Positions 1 to 13,900 of a stretch of 64,000 nucleotides of DNA are shown here, piece after piece (positions within the stretch are counted from its first letter, which is position 1; the number at the start of each line of letters is the position of its first letter). Location: positions 80,871 to 144,870 of the IMG/VR virus record IMGVR_UViG_3300028805_000060, one strand, 5' to 3'. The translations under genes were made by a program, and so were the position numbers. Under the pieces are notes generated by a model that worked only from the letters and a program-made list of their open reading frames with translations, made no database searches and was not told the DNA's origin. This stretch comes from a virus (Duplodnaviria; Caudoviricetes).

Positions 1-3000
1 ATTGATTTGCCAAATAATATCCTTGATAAGAGATTTTCCTATTAACTTCTGCTGTTTTAACTAATCCAGAACCTATTACTCTAGTTGTAGAAACAGTGAT
101 AGATGAAAAACTAAATTGTCTAATTATTTGTTCTGATGTATCTAAATAAGAAATGGTACCTCTCGAATTTCCAATTGATTGTAAACTCAAGATCTTTTTA
201 TTTGCATCACCATCTTTTAAATAATAAAATATAGGCCCCGATCCTGATCCTGTAGAAAGAGGTGAGGATGAAACAACATGTAAATTAACTGTTCTTTCCC
301 CCGTCCCTGATAATGTTACTCCTGAAACATATAAACTACTTATACTAGAAGAATAAGGATAAGAGGCCCCCGCAATTTGAATTGAGCTATTGCTATTATC
401 AAGGGCTTCACTGAATACTCCATATCTTTTATTTGTTTGTGTTACGACATCTGTTTGTGGATAATTTTCCCCAATACAGAATAAATATGTCGCTGTATCT
501 GCTACAGCATTTATTGTCCCAAAATTAATTCTTGCCTCTTGACTCTTTGATCCAATACAATATATATTGGTTTGTTGTCCATTATCTAGAATCATTTGAG
601 CTCCATCAATTTCTAAATGATAACCTGAATTAACAACAGCATATCCATACACCGTGTCCTCACTGAAAGTATGCCCACTTGGATATCCTCAAAGAACATT
701 ATTAGTATTAGCTAAATAAACTTGAGAAATTCCTGTCCCTGCAGAAATTGTTAATCCTTGCATCTGAACACAAGAATAATTTTGATCTCCTCCTCCATTA
801 GAAATAGTCATATCTTGGGTTATGTTTTCAAAATCTTTTCCCTCGTCCTCTCATCATTCTGAAGGGTCTATAAGATGATCTGCATCTGGTGTAATTTTAA
901 CTGTTAAATTACTGCCTTTTTTAATTAAAAGATCATTTCATCCTAAGTTTCTAAAATATGTTATTTCTTCTGAATTAGTTATTGGATCTACATAATTTAC
1001 TTTAATATTGTCAACACCATCAATTAATTTTATTGATATTAGTGTGCCATTAATATCTTTTTTCCCATATTTAAACCAATTGTAATTACAAGAATTTCTT
1101 CCAGGGAGATTTCCTAATTCAGATCAGATTAAAGTATTATTTCCAACGGATTTAATTTCTTTCCATGAAAAATTAATAGTGTCAGGTTGATCAATAAATT
1201 TACTATAAGGAGTATTCGAGCTTGAGAAGATTTGAACAATTCAACTTTGTCCTTTATTATCTTTCAATAATTTCGGATTCTTTGAAAATGCCATATTTCT
1301 TCACTGCTCTAACATTCTTATTTTTTCATTGGTAGATAATGGCCTATAAACACCATTTTGTAATCTTTCAATATATCCTAGAGATGTATAAGGAATGATT
1401 TCAGATCCCAATAAACAGCTTATATCTCCAGAAATATAATTTTTAGTTCCAAAGCCTACTTTTGAGTAACGGCCTAAAGTTTCGATTTCATTCTTAGAGA
1501 AATTCTGTGCTTGTTGCCCATATTCTGCATTATATTTAAATACCCAAATATTGTTTAAATTCGCTTTAAACTGATTTTGAATTATTGGTAAAGTCCTATC
1601 TGTAGTCTCAACAGGAATTAATTCTGTAAGGCTCCAATATTGTCAAGAAGGAGTAAATATATCCCCTGACACGCTGCTGTGTTTAGCATCTATGTCCTTT
1701 ATACCATACTGATTTACAGAAATATTATTAATTTGAGTATAAAGAATATACTCATAAGAGTATCCACTCTTTATATTAAAATCTCGGAATGATTTTTCTG
1801 AAGAATTTATTATAACAGGTTCTCAATCTCCAATAACAAATTCTGTATCTAATGAATTAAAAGAATTTTTATATTGTTCTCATTGTCTTCTGTAAACAGA
1901 ATAAATAATTTCTCCTTCATAAATCTCTTCCGTTGTAGAGTCCATAATATTAAATAATATTGATTGAGAATCACAATCTATTTCCCCTACTAAACGAATA
2001 GGTGTATCTCCTCCTGATGAAAAATAAACTTCAAAATCAATCGTCTTTTCTAAAATTTTTCCAAATTCATCTGTAACTAAAAGTGTAGCAGAATATTTAT
2101 TTTTATTATCTAGTTGACTATTAGATAGACCATAGAAATTAACTTTAATCTCTTTATCAAATTGCTCCCCTGTATCTTGGATTACTTCTCCATATGAATT
2201 CTTTAAAATCCATCTATAGGATTCTCAAGACGCTTTTTGTTGTTGATGATATTCACCTGTAAATTCAATTCCTCTCTTGTCTACACTACCATATTTAAAC
2301 GGAGCATAATTTGAGTCAATAGTTAAATATCCTTGTTCATAAATAGAAAACGGGTTTTCATCACTGTGTTTGAAATAACTTCGAATTTCATATTTATAAG
2401 GAACATTTGGGTCATCAGGATCTTGAGAAGGTATAGTCCCTAAAGTTGAATCATAAGTTACTTTTCATATAGTTTTATCTAAAGAATTAATTCTGATTCA
2501 TTGAGTTTTATTGTCTCCTTCTCCAACGTATCCATTTATTAACTTAATCCTTTGCCCTTTTTCAATATACTGATATGGAGAAATCAAAACCTCTCCGTCC
2601 GTATTATGTAGTACTTCGGTGTCATATTTATTATATTGAACAGTTGAACTAATAGACCAGCTTGTATTTAAATATTTATATACAGCCCCTGTATTACGCC
2701 CTTTTTTGATAGCCATGAAAGTATTATTGTCCTCTGGTCCATATGTTTTTGTTATTTCTCAGATGAGATTTTCATTTGTATCTAATACTGCTTTTAATAA
2801 ATAGGCTGATGCATAATTTCACGTCCCTGGTTGACCGTCTCTATAACAAACGTAGCATAAATCTCCTAATTGAACTTTTATCCCATCTATTTTATCTGTT
2901 GGTAGCAACAAAAGAAGAGAATTTATTATAGGAAAATAAATAATTTGAATAGCATAAGCAACTGCACCTGTAACAGCATTAAAAGTGATTCTACCTAGCT

Positions 3001-4774
3001 GTTGATCTATTTGAATATTGGTAGTGCTCCCCAATATATCTTGGACATAAATATTATAGCCATCCTTTGTTGGTACATCAACAGTAACTGTTTGAGTTTG
3101 GAATGTTGCAGATATTCTTTCTCCCATTATTATATCATAAAATTGACTAAAAGTATAAATATTTTCTGATTTATTATTGAAAAGAACAAGAGGGAGTTCT
3201 TCTATCCAATAGAGAGGAGAATCCGCAGATTTATATTGAGATGAATTATCTGTATAAAATAAAGTCCCTCCTACAAAAGCTTGAGATTGATAATTTTTTC
3301 CTCCATTTTTTTCTCCTGAAATTATAAAAATTACTTTTCCCAAAAAATCTCCTCATTTAGCATAGCTCCCAGATCTTTTCCATGGAGCATCTCTATCATA
3401 AATATAAATTCCATTCTCTTTTGGATCATCTTGGTCTTTTACTAAAATTCTTTCCCCATTTGACAGAGAGTATCCATCTATGGCTCCTAAGCCAGGATTT
3501 GTTGGAGATTCGTCGACATACAAATTAATATTTGATGTTGTGGCACAAGAAACTTTATCATTATCTAATATATATTCAGGGTTATTGCTATATTTATAAA
3601 AACGAGCATATTTTGCAATGTTTACTTCATCTAAAGACAATTCTCCTTCTCTTGGATAAACGTGTCCTAAAGTAGAATCATATGAATTCACATAAATTCT
3701 GCTTGACACAATATTCGAACTATTTGAATCTGAATCTTCTGTAAAAAGTTCCATCCAAGTTCCTTGAAGCACAACAGGATTTTCTGAAGAAAAAGTTGGA
3801 ATCATCCAATTTGGAGTAATTTCATCTCCAAAATTTTTAGCAATTTGAATTCTTTTAGTAGTTGTTCCTAAAATTTTTCCTGAAGAAAGGGTCATATCAA
3901 ATCAATCATTTGACAAATTATCATAATTAATACGATGCTCAATGATTACTCCCTCTCCTTGGAACAATTCTATTGATCACTTGTATGTTTTATTTTCAGT
4001 AGAAAATTCTATCTTATTACCTAGAAAATCTTCTCAACCATATTCTGTTGTTTCTTTAAGAGCTGGTATTGAAGTTTCATTTTCATCATATTCATATACT
4101 TTCCCTCCATACTGACCGCAAAGAATTAAAATTTTCTCTCCTTCTTCCATATCTGAAAAAGTTTTAACAGGAATGAGACATTTACCTTCTCCTACTTGGA
4201 ATATTCCTCCTATCGAATTTAATTGAAATATCATTTTTGGAACTAAGACTAGATCTCCTACAGATACTTTATCTTGATTATTATTTATATAACCATCCCA
4301 TGAAGATTCTCCGTCAACAAAATATTCTAATTGAGGATTCCCTTGTTGATTATAAACAAGTTGCCAATTTGTCGTATCTGCTAAAAAATAATTAGCTTTA
4401 TAATTAACAGAAAAATATACTGCATTATAAGAATCTAATTTAGATTCAGAATTGATATTCTGAAAAAATGGAATATATAAAAAAGTTCCGTTAATTCCTG
4501 TATTTGAATCTTGTTCATAATCTTCAGGTAAAAAATTTTGAAGTTCAGATACTGGGCTTATATATTTGTCCGAGTCTTTACTTGGAAAAATTTCATTATT
4601 GTTTTCATCAAAAATATGGATTCTATAACCTGTTATATTTTTATTAGATGTATTAATTTTACATTTAAGCCATTCAATATTAGGAACATTAGGACTTCCT
4701 ATAATTTCAGGTACAGTTCTAATATCAATATTATTTAAGAATGGATAACAAAATGTTGGTTTGTAAACTGCCAT
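1..4774 (-). CDS. Large tail/baseplate protein (>1590 aa, runs off the window start; TGA=Trp)
   Basis: ATG at 4774 with GGAGG RBS. Track fragments 4034, 3353, 2819 and 2498 share one frame and each ends in TGA; the frame has no TAA/TAG down to position 2. Contains IDGYSLSNGERILVKDQ..ENGIY, an Fn3-like FRDFNIKSGYSYEYILY and NYISG/KLLKDNKGQSWIVQI segments. Lies directly downstream of the tape-measure gene. Confidence 0.75.
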
Positions 4775-4885
4775 ATATTGACCTCCTTTGTAATTTTGTT
4801 TTTCTGTGTTTATTCAACACTCTTTAACTTAAAAAGATATACTCTTTTTCTTTAAACAATATATCTGTCTAAATCAAAGAGTGTC

Positions 4886-4912
4886 GACAGAGGGAATATG
4901 TATCCCTCTGTC
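4886..4912. terminator. Hairpin after the tape-measure gene (GACAGAGGGA-7nt-TCCCTCTGTC)
   Basis: Perfect 10-bp stem. The T-run lies on the + side, so its orientation is ambiguous. Confidence 0.5.
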
Positions 4913-4938
4913 TTTTAATTCAAAATAAAAGATTACTT

Positions 4939-7900
4939 TTATCTCTTATTTTTTGTAAGAGAAACTCTTTCTCTGATAGAACGAACGAATGCGTCCGCAT
5001 CAAAGCTTTCATCAGCTGCAACATTCATTGTAAGATTTTCAACATGGAATGATTCATCATTAACTGCTGAATTATTTCGTAAATTATCTAATGCTTTCGC
5101 TGAATTTAATCCTCTTAAGATATCAGGAGTCATTTCTCCTAATCTCCAAAGATTTGTTGTAATATCTGATGGAACAATACCTGTCTTAGAAGGTAAAGCT
5201 GTTAGAGTTCCTTGTGGTGTAACAATAGCTTCTGTACCAAATTCATTTAGAAGAGATAAACCACCAGCTGAAGATAGAGAACCTATAGAATATTCTATTG
5301 GCTTTAAATTATAAAATTTACCATTTTTATCTTTATAAATATACTCTATCTCTCCATTAGCTGCTTTTAAGAGAGTCTCTTTACCAATTCATTCATTCGG
5401 GAAAGAACCTTCTTTAAATATTTGTTTTGCTTCTCACTTTTTTCATGCTGGTAATTGTGTCCACCCAGATGAAGGAATTTCATCCCCAGGAACTACACCC
5501 TCATAGAAAAATCCTTCTCCCAATGAAATATCATTGATTAGATAATCTTTATAATCATCTGATAAACTATCCCCAATTATATAAGGTTGTCCATCTATCA
5601 CGATAGGTTTTAAAGAGCTTCCAAAACGACTTAAATCTCATCTTGCTGTAGTACTTGCATTTCAACGACCTGGAGATTTTAATATAGAATTGAAAAGAGT
5701 ATCTTCTCCAAAATGTTCTTGTATCTTCCCTCGAGTTTCTTCTGAAAGATTTTTATCATTATAAATATCTCGAATTGTATTTGCTGCTTGAGCTCTATTC
5801 GTTTCATTTTGCTTCCAGTCTCTAGTAATACTTAAAGCTCTTGAAATATTACTCTCTACAGCTGCATAATTTTCTCCTTCGGTAAATTTTTCTTCTGTAT
5901 CTTGATCAATAGATTTATTATAATGTTCTTTAATATTTTCAAGAATTCCTAAAATAGAACTAGAAGAATCCGCTCCTATAACTTTTTTCGTTTCTTCAAC
6001 GACAGCTTTCAGTCCTTCATAATCGGCGTCTTCTTTCCATTTAGTGAGAGAATCCTTAATTGATTGAAGTTCTGTAATTTGAACATCTAATTTTGAAATA
6101 ATTTTTTCATTCTCGATATCTTCTAAAGCTTTTTGTTTTTCAAGAATATTTCCTTGATCGGCTTCATATACGAAACCCAATCCTTCTCTTCAAACTCTCT
6201 TCTTTTCTCTTTGTGCATTTTCAAGATCTATTCTAGCTTTAATTAATTTGTTCTCATACTCTCTTTCTTTATTAACTTTTTGAATTTGATCTTTTTGAGC
6301 ATTTAAATTAGAAATTTGATGATCCAAATCTTTACTTAAATAGTCTAGAGTTAAATCCATTAATTCATTTCACTTATCAGAAACTAAATCTAAACTATCT
6401 AAAATGTCGGTAGTTTCCTTTTTAATTGTATCTAATTTTAATTCAGTTCCATCATCATCAAGTACTAATCCATTTCAGCTGTTTATCCAATCTATAAATT
6501 GTTTTCAAGTAGAAATTCCCATCAAATTTGTTCTTTGCATTATTTGATTTTCAAAAGAAGTATCATCTAATCCTGACGCTGTTTGAACTTCTTCAATTAA
6601 TTTATCTCGATGTTCTCCAAAGAACTTTGGATTACCAAGAACGTCTTCAAAAGAAGATTCATTATAGAGTTCAATTGTTTTAGTATATTTATCAATAAAT
6701 TTACTTGCTAATTGTTGGCTATCTCCTAAATATTCTATTAATTCAGGATAGTTCTTCACAATATATTCTTGGAATTTAAATGCATCAGTAAAAATTTTCG
6801 AAATTGAACTTATTCCTTCACTTAGTTTATTTAGATTTTCTGTCAAAGCAGTAGTACCAGCATTTAATTCTCCTAAAGTAAAATCTTTTCAATATTCGAC
6901 GATGTCAGAACCTTCTTTTAATGAATCTGTTGGTGTCTTTAAAGCAGAAGCAAAATCTTGTAAAAGTTCTTCATCCTTCTTTATAATAGCTTTATTCAAA
7001 GTGAAACTATTTCCTGTTCAGAAATCTCTTAAATTGTCGTTTTGTCTAATTGCCTTTGTAAACAATTCATCATTTAAAGAGTCCCTTTCTATCCCTAACG
7101 TATTTACCATGTAATCATTAATAACTTCTTTTAAGCCATTCCTTGAATACATAGAATATAAGTAATCTTGAGAAGCATCTTTTAATCAGATATTATTTTT
7201 ATCTTGAATTGAATCAATTGCGGTTGAATATCCTTCTTCAACAACCTTTGAATAATCATCTTCTCTCTTTTTTATATCAAACTCTAAACCAGAAATTATT
7301 TCTTCAAGTAATTCCTTAGTATATTCTTTATTTGTGAAAACATGGGCAGTATTATCATCTAGTATCCAGGTGCTAAATAATGTATCAAAATGATTCAAAG
7401 CACCGTTTAAATGATCTAATACAGACTCTAAAGAGTCGCCGCCAACAAATTGCTTCACAAATCTAGCAGCTAATAGATGTCCTTGCCCTTTCCCATTTAA
7501 ATTTTCTTTATATTCGGACAATTTAGTTCTTTCATCTAAAGAGAATTTGTCTTGAACCCCATTGAAATTTATTAGAGATTGTGCTGCTGTTAATGCATTA
7601 TAAATTTTTGATATATTTTGAGAATCTAATGAGAGATTATCTATTATTGATTTTAAAGAACCAGTATCTTCTACTTCTAATCCATTCTTATTCAAATATT
7701 TTACAAACTGCTCTCGGAAATCTTTCTCTGTATCCTTATCAGAAGAAACAGATTCTACTATTTCATTGACAGCATCATTCCACTTTTTAAAATCTTCACT
7801 TGTCCATTCATTAACACCTTTTACTGAATCTGCAATACTGTCTAAAGAAGATTTTATTTCATCCATCTTTTCTAAGATTTTCTCATTTCTTTTAATAGCT

Positions 7901-10900
7901 TGGAGTCTTGCAATCTTTTCTTCTTCAGATGGCAAGTGTGCTGCTAAGAAAGGGAAAAACTCACTCACAAGAGCTTGGACAAGCATTCCTACCAAAGGTC
8001 CTCCTAAAGCTGTAGCAATTCCTGTTGCTGCTCCAGTAACAACACCAGAAAGAATTTTTGTATCAGCTGACATTTCATAAGTCTCACCGTCTTGTTGAAT
8101 TGTTTTTGGAGCCGATAATCCTGCCATAACACCCGCTCCAACACCTGCGAGAGCTCTTGTGGCTATATTTGCACCCGATAACTTATTCTTTGCTTTAGGT
8201 TGTCCTTCTCCTTGAGGAGTCGAAGTATTATCAGTTCCTCCTTGTGATGTACTAGATTGATTAGAAATTCCTTTATTACCTGTTTGTTGAACAGTTGTTT
8301 GAGTCTTTCCAGTAGAAGCCTTGTTCGAACTTACTTCTCTATAAATTCCTTGAACATTTTCATCAAGATTTTGAACATGAACTCCAAAAGAAGTACTTAA
8401 TTTTTCAGTCTGCTTATCATAGAAATTTCCTCCAAGGAGTTTTGCCTTTACCCCCTTTGATAATCCAGAGCCTCCTGTGAGTCCAAAGAACGAGCCTGCC
8501 ATTTTTAATAATCCAGGAATCTTGTAAGTATTTAACATAGCAAATAAAGTGCTACCATAACGGATAATTTTAGGAAGAGCTTTAACTAGCCCTGTAGAAA
8601 CTTGAAGTATGCTTTTGAGAAAAGCAGCAATATCTGCATTATTAGCTAATTCTTCTCATGCTGCTTGCAATTTCTTTGTCCAAGCCTCAATTGATTCTTG
8701 ATACGCTTCATACTTCCTTTGAGCTGTTCCTGCTGATTCCTCAGACGTTTTTAAAAGCTCATGATATTTATCCATATTATCGAGTAATACTACAAATGAA
8801 TTTCGTTGTCTTGTCAAAATTGTTGTTAATAACCAAACGAAAATTGGCTATTTTTACCCGTTTTTCGGGCAGTAGAACATTTCTGTCTACTCTGCATTTT
8901 TGTCAAAAATTTAGATTATATATGCAGATCGGACTATAACTTCACCCTTTCGGGGAGGAACGTTTAGTCTCTACGGATTCTATTGTGTTATTTTTATTTT
9001 AAGAATTGTAATATTTTATTTTGTCAACTACCATTATTGATATCTTCTGGGTATAAAGCAAGACATTTTACATTATATTTATGAATTAAATCTAATTTGC
9101 ATTTTGTTTTCATGTCATAATTTTTATATCCTGTCAGACCAAAATATTCAATATATTTGTCATTTATTTTCCAGTCGAATCTTTTTTCTCCACATTCTTC
9201 TTTAGGAATCACTTCTTTATATAAAGCTTCTTTTTGGAATTTAAAATTATTATCTATTAAGAAATTAGAAATAATCTCTTCAGTTTTAGATAAACAAACA
9301 TTGTTTAATTTATCATAAAATAGAGTATCACTCATAATTAAATGTTGATAATTTTCTCTTTTTATTCCAATTAATTCAAAAGCTTTTGTCACACTACCAA
9401 AATACCTTCTAAAAGTTATTTCAGAAGGAAGTCCGTGCAATTGAAACTCTGCTATCAAAGGAGTTCTTTCTAATTTACGCACCACTTCTTCTAACTTTTC
9501 TAATAATACTTCTTTATCATACCATTTTAATCCTTTCTCAGAATTCTTTTTGAGACCCAATCTTTTTGCCTGAGTTACTAATTCTTTTGGGGTTAAATTT
9601 GGATAATATTTTTCATGAAGATATTTATTAGTATATTTAGGATATAATTCTCTAAATTGTTCTTCGTCTTCTGTATGGATAGCATTTAACTTACGATAAG
9701 TAGGTAGATTATGTTCTTTTAATATTCTACAAATAAAATCACTACTTCTTCCTAATTTTTCTGCCATTCTGGTTGGAGTCATAACTTGGTAATTATTTAA
9801 AATAAAATCAAGTTCTTCTTGCTTTAAATGACATTTATTATAAATATCTCTTGAGAGATGATACCTTGATGCATAAGTAAGAATACTTGTTTTACTTTTT
9901 GTTCCTAAAATTTCATATAATTCTTTCCAAGGAGTATTCGGATAATATTGCTTTAGAAGTTCTATTTTTTCATCTGTTCATCTAAATCTGGCCATATTAT
10001 TACCTCCTTTCTTTTTATAAATAACACAATAGTCTTTCCTCGGTATTGCCCTTCTCAGGGGTTTCACCGATATGGTTCCTTTCTATTTAATTTATATAGC
10101 GTAAAATCATAGATTTCTCTATGTTCAGGCACAAGACTTATCTACCTGCAAACGCTGTTGCAATTGCATTCTTAGAAACGTTATCTAATGTTATCCATTT
10201 TTCTGATAAATCTTCTAAGATATCATCAAAATCTCTGAATTGTAAATTAGTATCTCTGACTGCAATTCCAATCTTTCCTAGAACTTTTTCTACATCGTTT
10301 AAATTACCTTCTGTATCAGAAGAATCATAGTCAGTGCTTAATTCATCAAAGGCCCCTGCTTTAACTGCACCATAACGAGATATAATTGTTTTCAATGCTT
10401 GTCCTACAGAGCTACCTGACTGTTGAGAAACGTCGGCAATTGTAGCAACCATAGCTGATGCTTGGTCAATATTAATCCCGTTTAATCCTGCTAAGCTTGC
10501 AAATTGGCTTAAACCTGTTGCGATTTCTCCAGCTGAAGTTGCCGCTTTAATATCTATTGCTGTTAATTTATCAACAACTGACATTGCATCAGTAGCTTCT
10601 AACTTAAATCCTTTTAAACTGCTTGTTACTTTATGTTTAGTAGAGTCGTTAATTCTACCGTCTTACGACCTCATAGTTTCCCATGAGAACTGACTATATC
10701 ATCACCCTTATTATAAGGGGGCACTTACTTCCATTCTACTTAGAATGTACTCTCTCTCGAGATAGTCGATGGGGCTGGATCCTAAAAGGATCCCTGCCTG
10801 CTGATTGCCCAATCTTTACTACTTCACTTCTGACTGAATCTTGCGATCTCAGTTAGTGAGTAAAGCTCTAAGGGTTTTCCAGCATATCAAGTGCTTTATT

Positions 10901-13900
10901 TTTCTAAATATTACTATTTAGCAGACCTATTTTTATATTGTTAAGTCTTTTGTAGCAGTATTAACATCTAACATACCTAATTTACTTAAATACATAGATG
11001 CTGTGATTAATTTATTTGTTTCGCTAACAGAATAACCTTGTCTGAGCCACTCGTTCGCGCTTGTTGCAACTTCAGTTGTTGTTGCACCAATCTGCTTTGC
11101 AAGTTGTGCATAATCATTGATCATTTGCTTAGCTTGATCTGCATTAGCTCCTGATACAATACGGAGATTAGTCATAGCTTTATCAAGTTCTTTTGCTGCT
11201 TGAACAACTTTTTGAATACTACGACGAACGGTTTGCATTACTTTTGAAACAAGACCAAATCTCATGAAGTTTGTAAATGTTCTATTTAGTTGCTGTGATA
11301 ATTGTCCCCAGAAAGTACTTTGACCTTTATTTCTGACATTTTCTCCAGCTAAAGCTAATTTAAGAGATTTTTCTGCTTTATCTTTTATTTCGTTTAATTT
11401 GTCTGTACTATAGCCCTGTTTCTTATAGCTTTCTTCTGCAAGTTTGACTCTTTCTTCAGAAGCTTGTAAAGATTCTTTTATCGCCTCTTCTTGCTCTCTT
11501 AGAGAAGCCAATTCGACTTCATCCATAGTCATAGCTTGACGATTTTTATTACTCTTTAACGAGAGAGCGTATCGATTATACTCTCTATAATCAGCTTTTA
11601 ATCCACGTAAAGCTGCAGCTTCTTCTCTGTTAACACCAGCTTTTTCTTCTGGAAATACAGATTCTTTTATATCAGAAACCATTTTTTCAGCTTTTCACTG
11701 TTCTTTAGCATAAGCTTCGTCTTCATCAGTTCAGCCTTTAATGTCTTTGATCTTTTCTTTACTACGATTTAGTTGTGCTCTTCTAGCTGTTAAAGAATCT
11801 ATTTCCTCTTCATATTCTTTTTTCTTTTTATTTTCTTCGTCAGCCGCTTGCAAATCTCTATTGATTTCTTTTTGTTCTTCTGTTTTTGCTTCTTCCTTTA
11901 ACTTATTAAGCTCGTCAATTCTAGCCTTAACACTTTCTAGTTCATTAAAGAAAGCATAAAATTCTTTTAAATCATTCTTAGTAAGTTTTGTATCTTTTGA
12001 AACACTCTCTTTTGGTTTCGAAGAATTGGCCATGTTTGCAATTTTAAATTCAGCTGGAAGATTCTCTAACTTTGGACGAAGTTCCTTCTCAATTAATTCT
12101 TGAGCTTTAGGATCATCAATATTTCCTATTGCTATTAATTGCGCCATCAAGTTCTCAATTCCAAGTTTATTTAAAGAACTCATGTTTGCTTGCCAAGATC
12201 TTCCTTGTCCAGAGTCTGCAGTTCCTAATATTTCTAAAGTAAGATTACTAAGATCATTGTTTTTCAAAAATTCAAACTCTTCTTTAGTAAGATCTTTTTT
12301 AGTAACTGTTCGATATTTTTCTCCATAAGCAGCAAGCATATCATCATAAGTATAATTCTTATTCTTAAATTCTGCCTGCATTTGCTTAGCAAGAGTTGCA
12401 TACATTCCTACTTGGGCAATATATTGAGGCTTTAAAATCTCATCTATAGTTTTCCCTGTTTTAATATCAGACAAATATACTTTTCCGTCTTCTCCTATCG
12501 TGAATAAGTCAGAGAAACCATAAGAAGTACTAGGATTACCATCTATATTATGAGAAGAAGCGAGAGGAGTTTCTGCTCCTATAAATTTTCTTCCCTTTGT
12601 TAATTTTAAAATATTTTGGATATTTTGATCTGTAACTGAACTAAATGTTTTAGAACCAGTAGCAGACTCAATAATGTCCATTATTTCTAATAACTCTTTA
12701 GGTCCACCTAATCTTTCTTTCATTAAAGAGAGTATATTTTCTGCTTCAGTAAGTTGGTCACCCTTATATTTATTAGATTTAACGCCTGTACGAAGTTCTC
12801 TCAAAATATCTTCTCATGAAGCATTATCACGATCTACGCTACCTAAAGATAAATTCGCAGCATTAATTCTCTCACGAATATCTTCTATTCCACTTGCAGA
12901 ACTAGACCAATATTTTTCATCTATTCTTTTTCGTTCATCTTCTGATAAACTATCATATATTTTCTTAAAATCATCTAAGGATGTTATATCTTTAAAAGCT
13001 TCTTCATTGGAACGGATATTAATTAAATTTTGCCCAATATTAGCCAATTTACCTCTGAATGTAGGGTATAAAATTTTTAAGAATTCATCTCTCTCCCTTT
13101 CAGAATCAAAACCTAATAACTTATCAGTTGACCCTGTATTTTTATATCCTATAATTCTTTCATAAAATTCATTTTCTAATGATTCTGCTAAAGATGCTCC
13201 TTTAAATGGGAATAATATTTTTGTTAAACCAGTAACAGAGTTTGTCTTTCCAGTACCTCCCTGGTCTACCATATCAGAAACTTTTTGATAATTATCTATT
13301 CCTTCTTTGATACCTTTAGTAAGGTTATTGATCTTAATAGTAAGGTTATCAATGCTCTCGTTAGCTCCATTAGCTGCTTTTTGTAAATTTTCAAAACTTT
13401 GCTTACTTTCATCGTTTATAGTTATATCTGCAACTGAAGCATTTCCTGTTCCAGGTAAATTTCTTTCATTTGTTTTTTTATTATAGAAATATGGATTAGA
13501 AACAATTTTATATAAATCTTGTTCTCCGTAAGATCCTAAATCTTTATTAAAATCTCGTAAGATATTACCAAATGATTTAAAAGAATATTTTCCGTCACTG
13601 GCATCTAGCCACTTTTCATCCCCAGTATATTGATATAAAATAGCAGCAAGATTTTTTAATCTTTTTTTATCAAATGCTACATCCCCTGAAGTATCTGCGA
13701 TGCCTCATTTTTCTAATACTGCTCCTAATCTACTTCACCCTTCTTTAGTTGTAAAAGTGCTTTCATCTTTTAAGACTTCTTCTATTTCGCTACCAATATT
13801 AGTTGTAATTTCTTGTAAAAATTTTTCATCATCAAGAGAAGCATCAATACCAAGCGCTTCTCCTAGAGCTGTTTTATCTCCTTTATATCGATTTAATAAT

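Noticed and set aside
12150-13240. Cas4 / CRISPR adaptation module
   Set aside because: No Fe-S cysteine cluster, cas genes or array; it is a RecB-type domain inside a larger protein.
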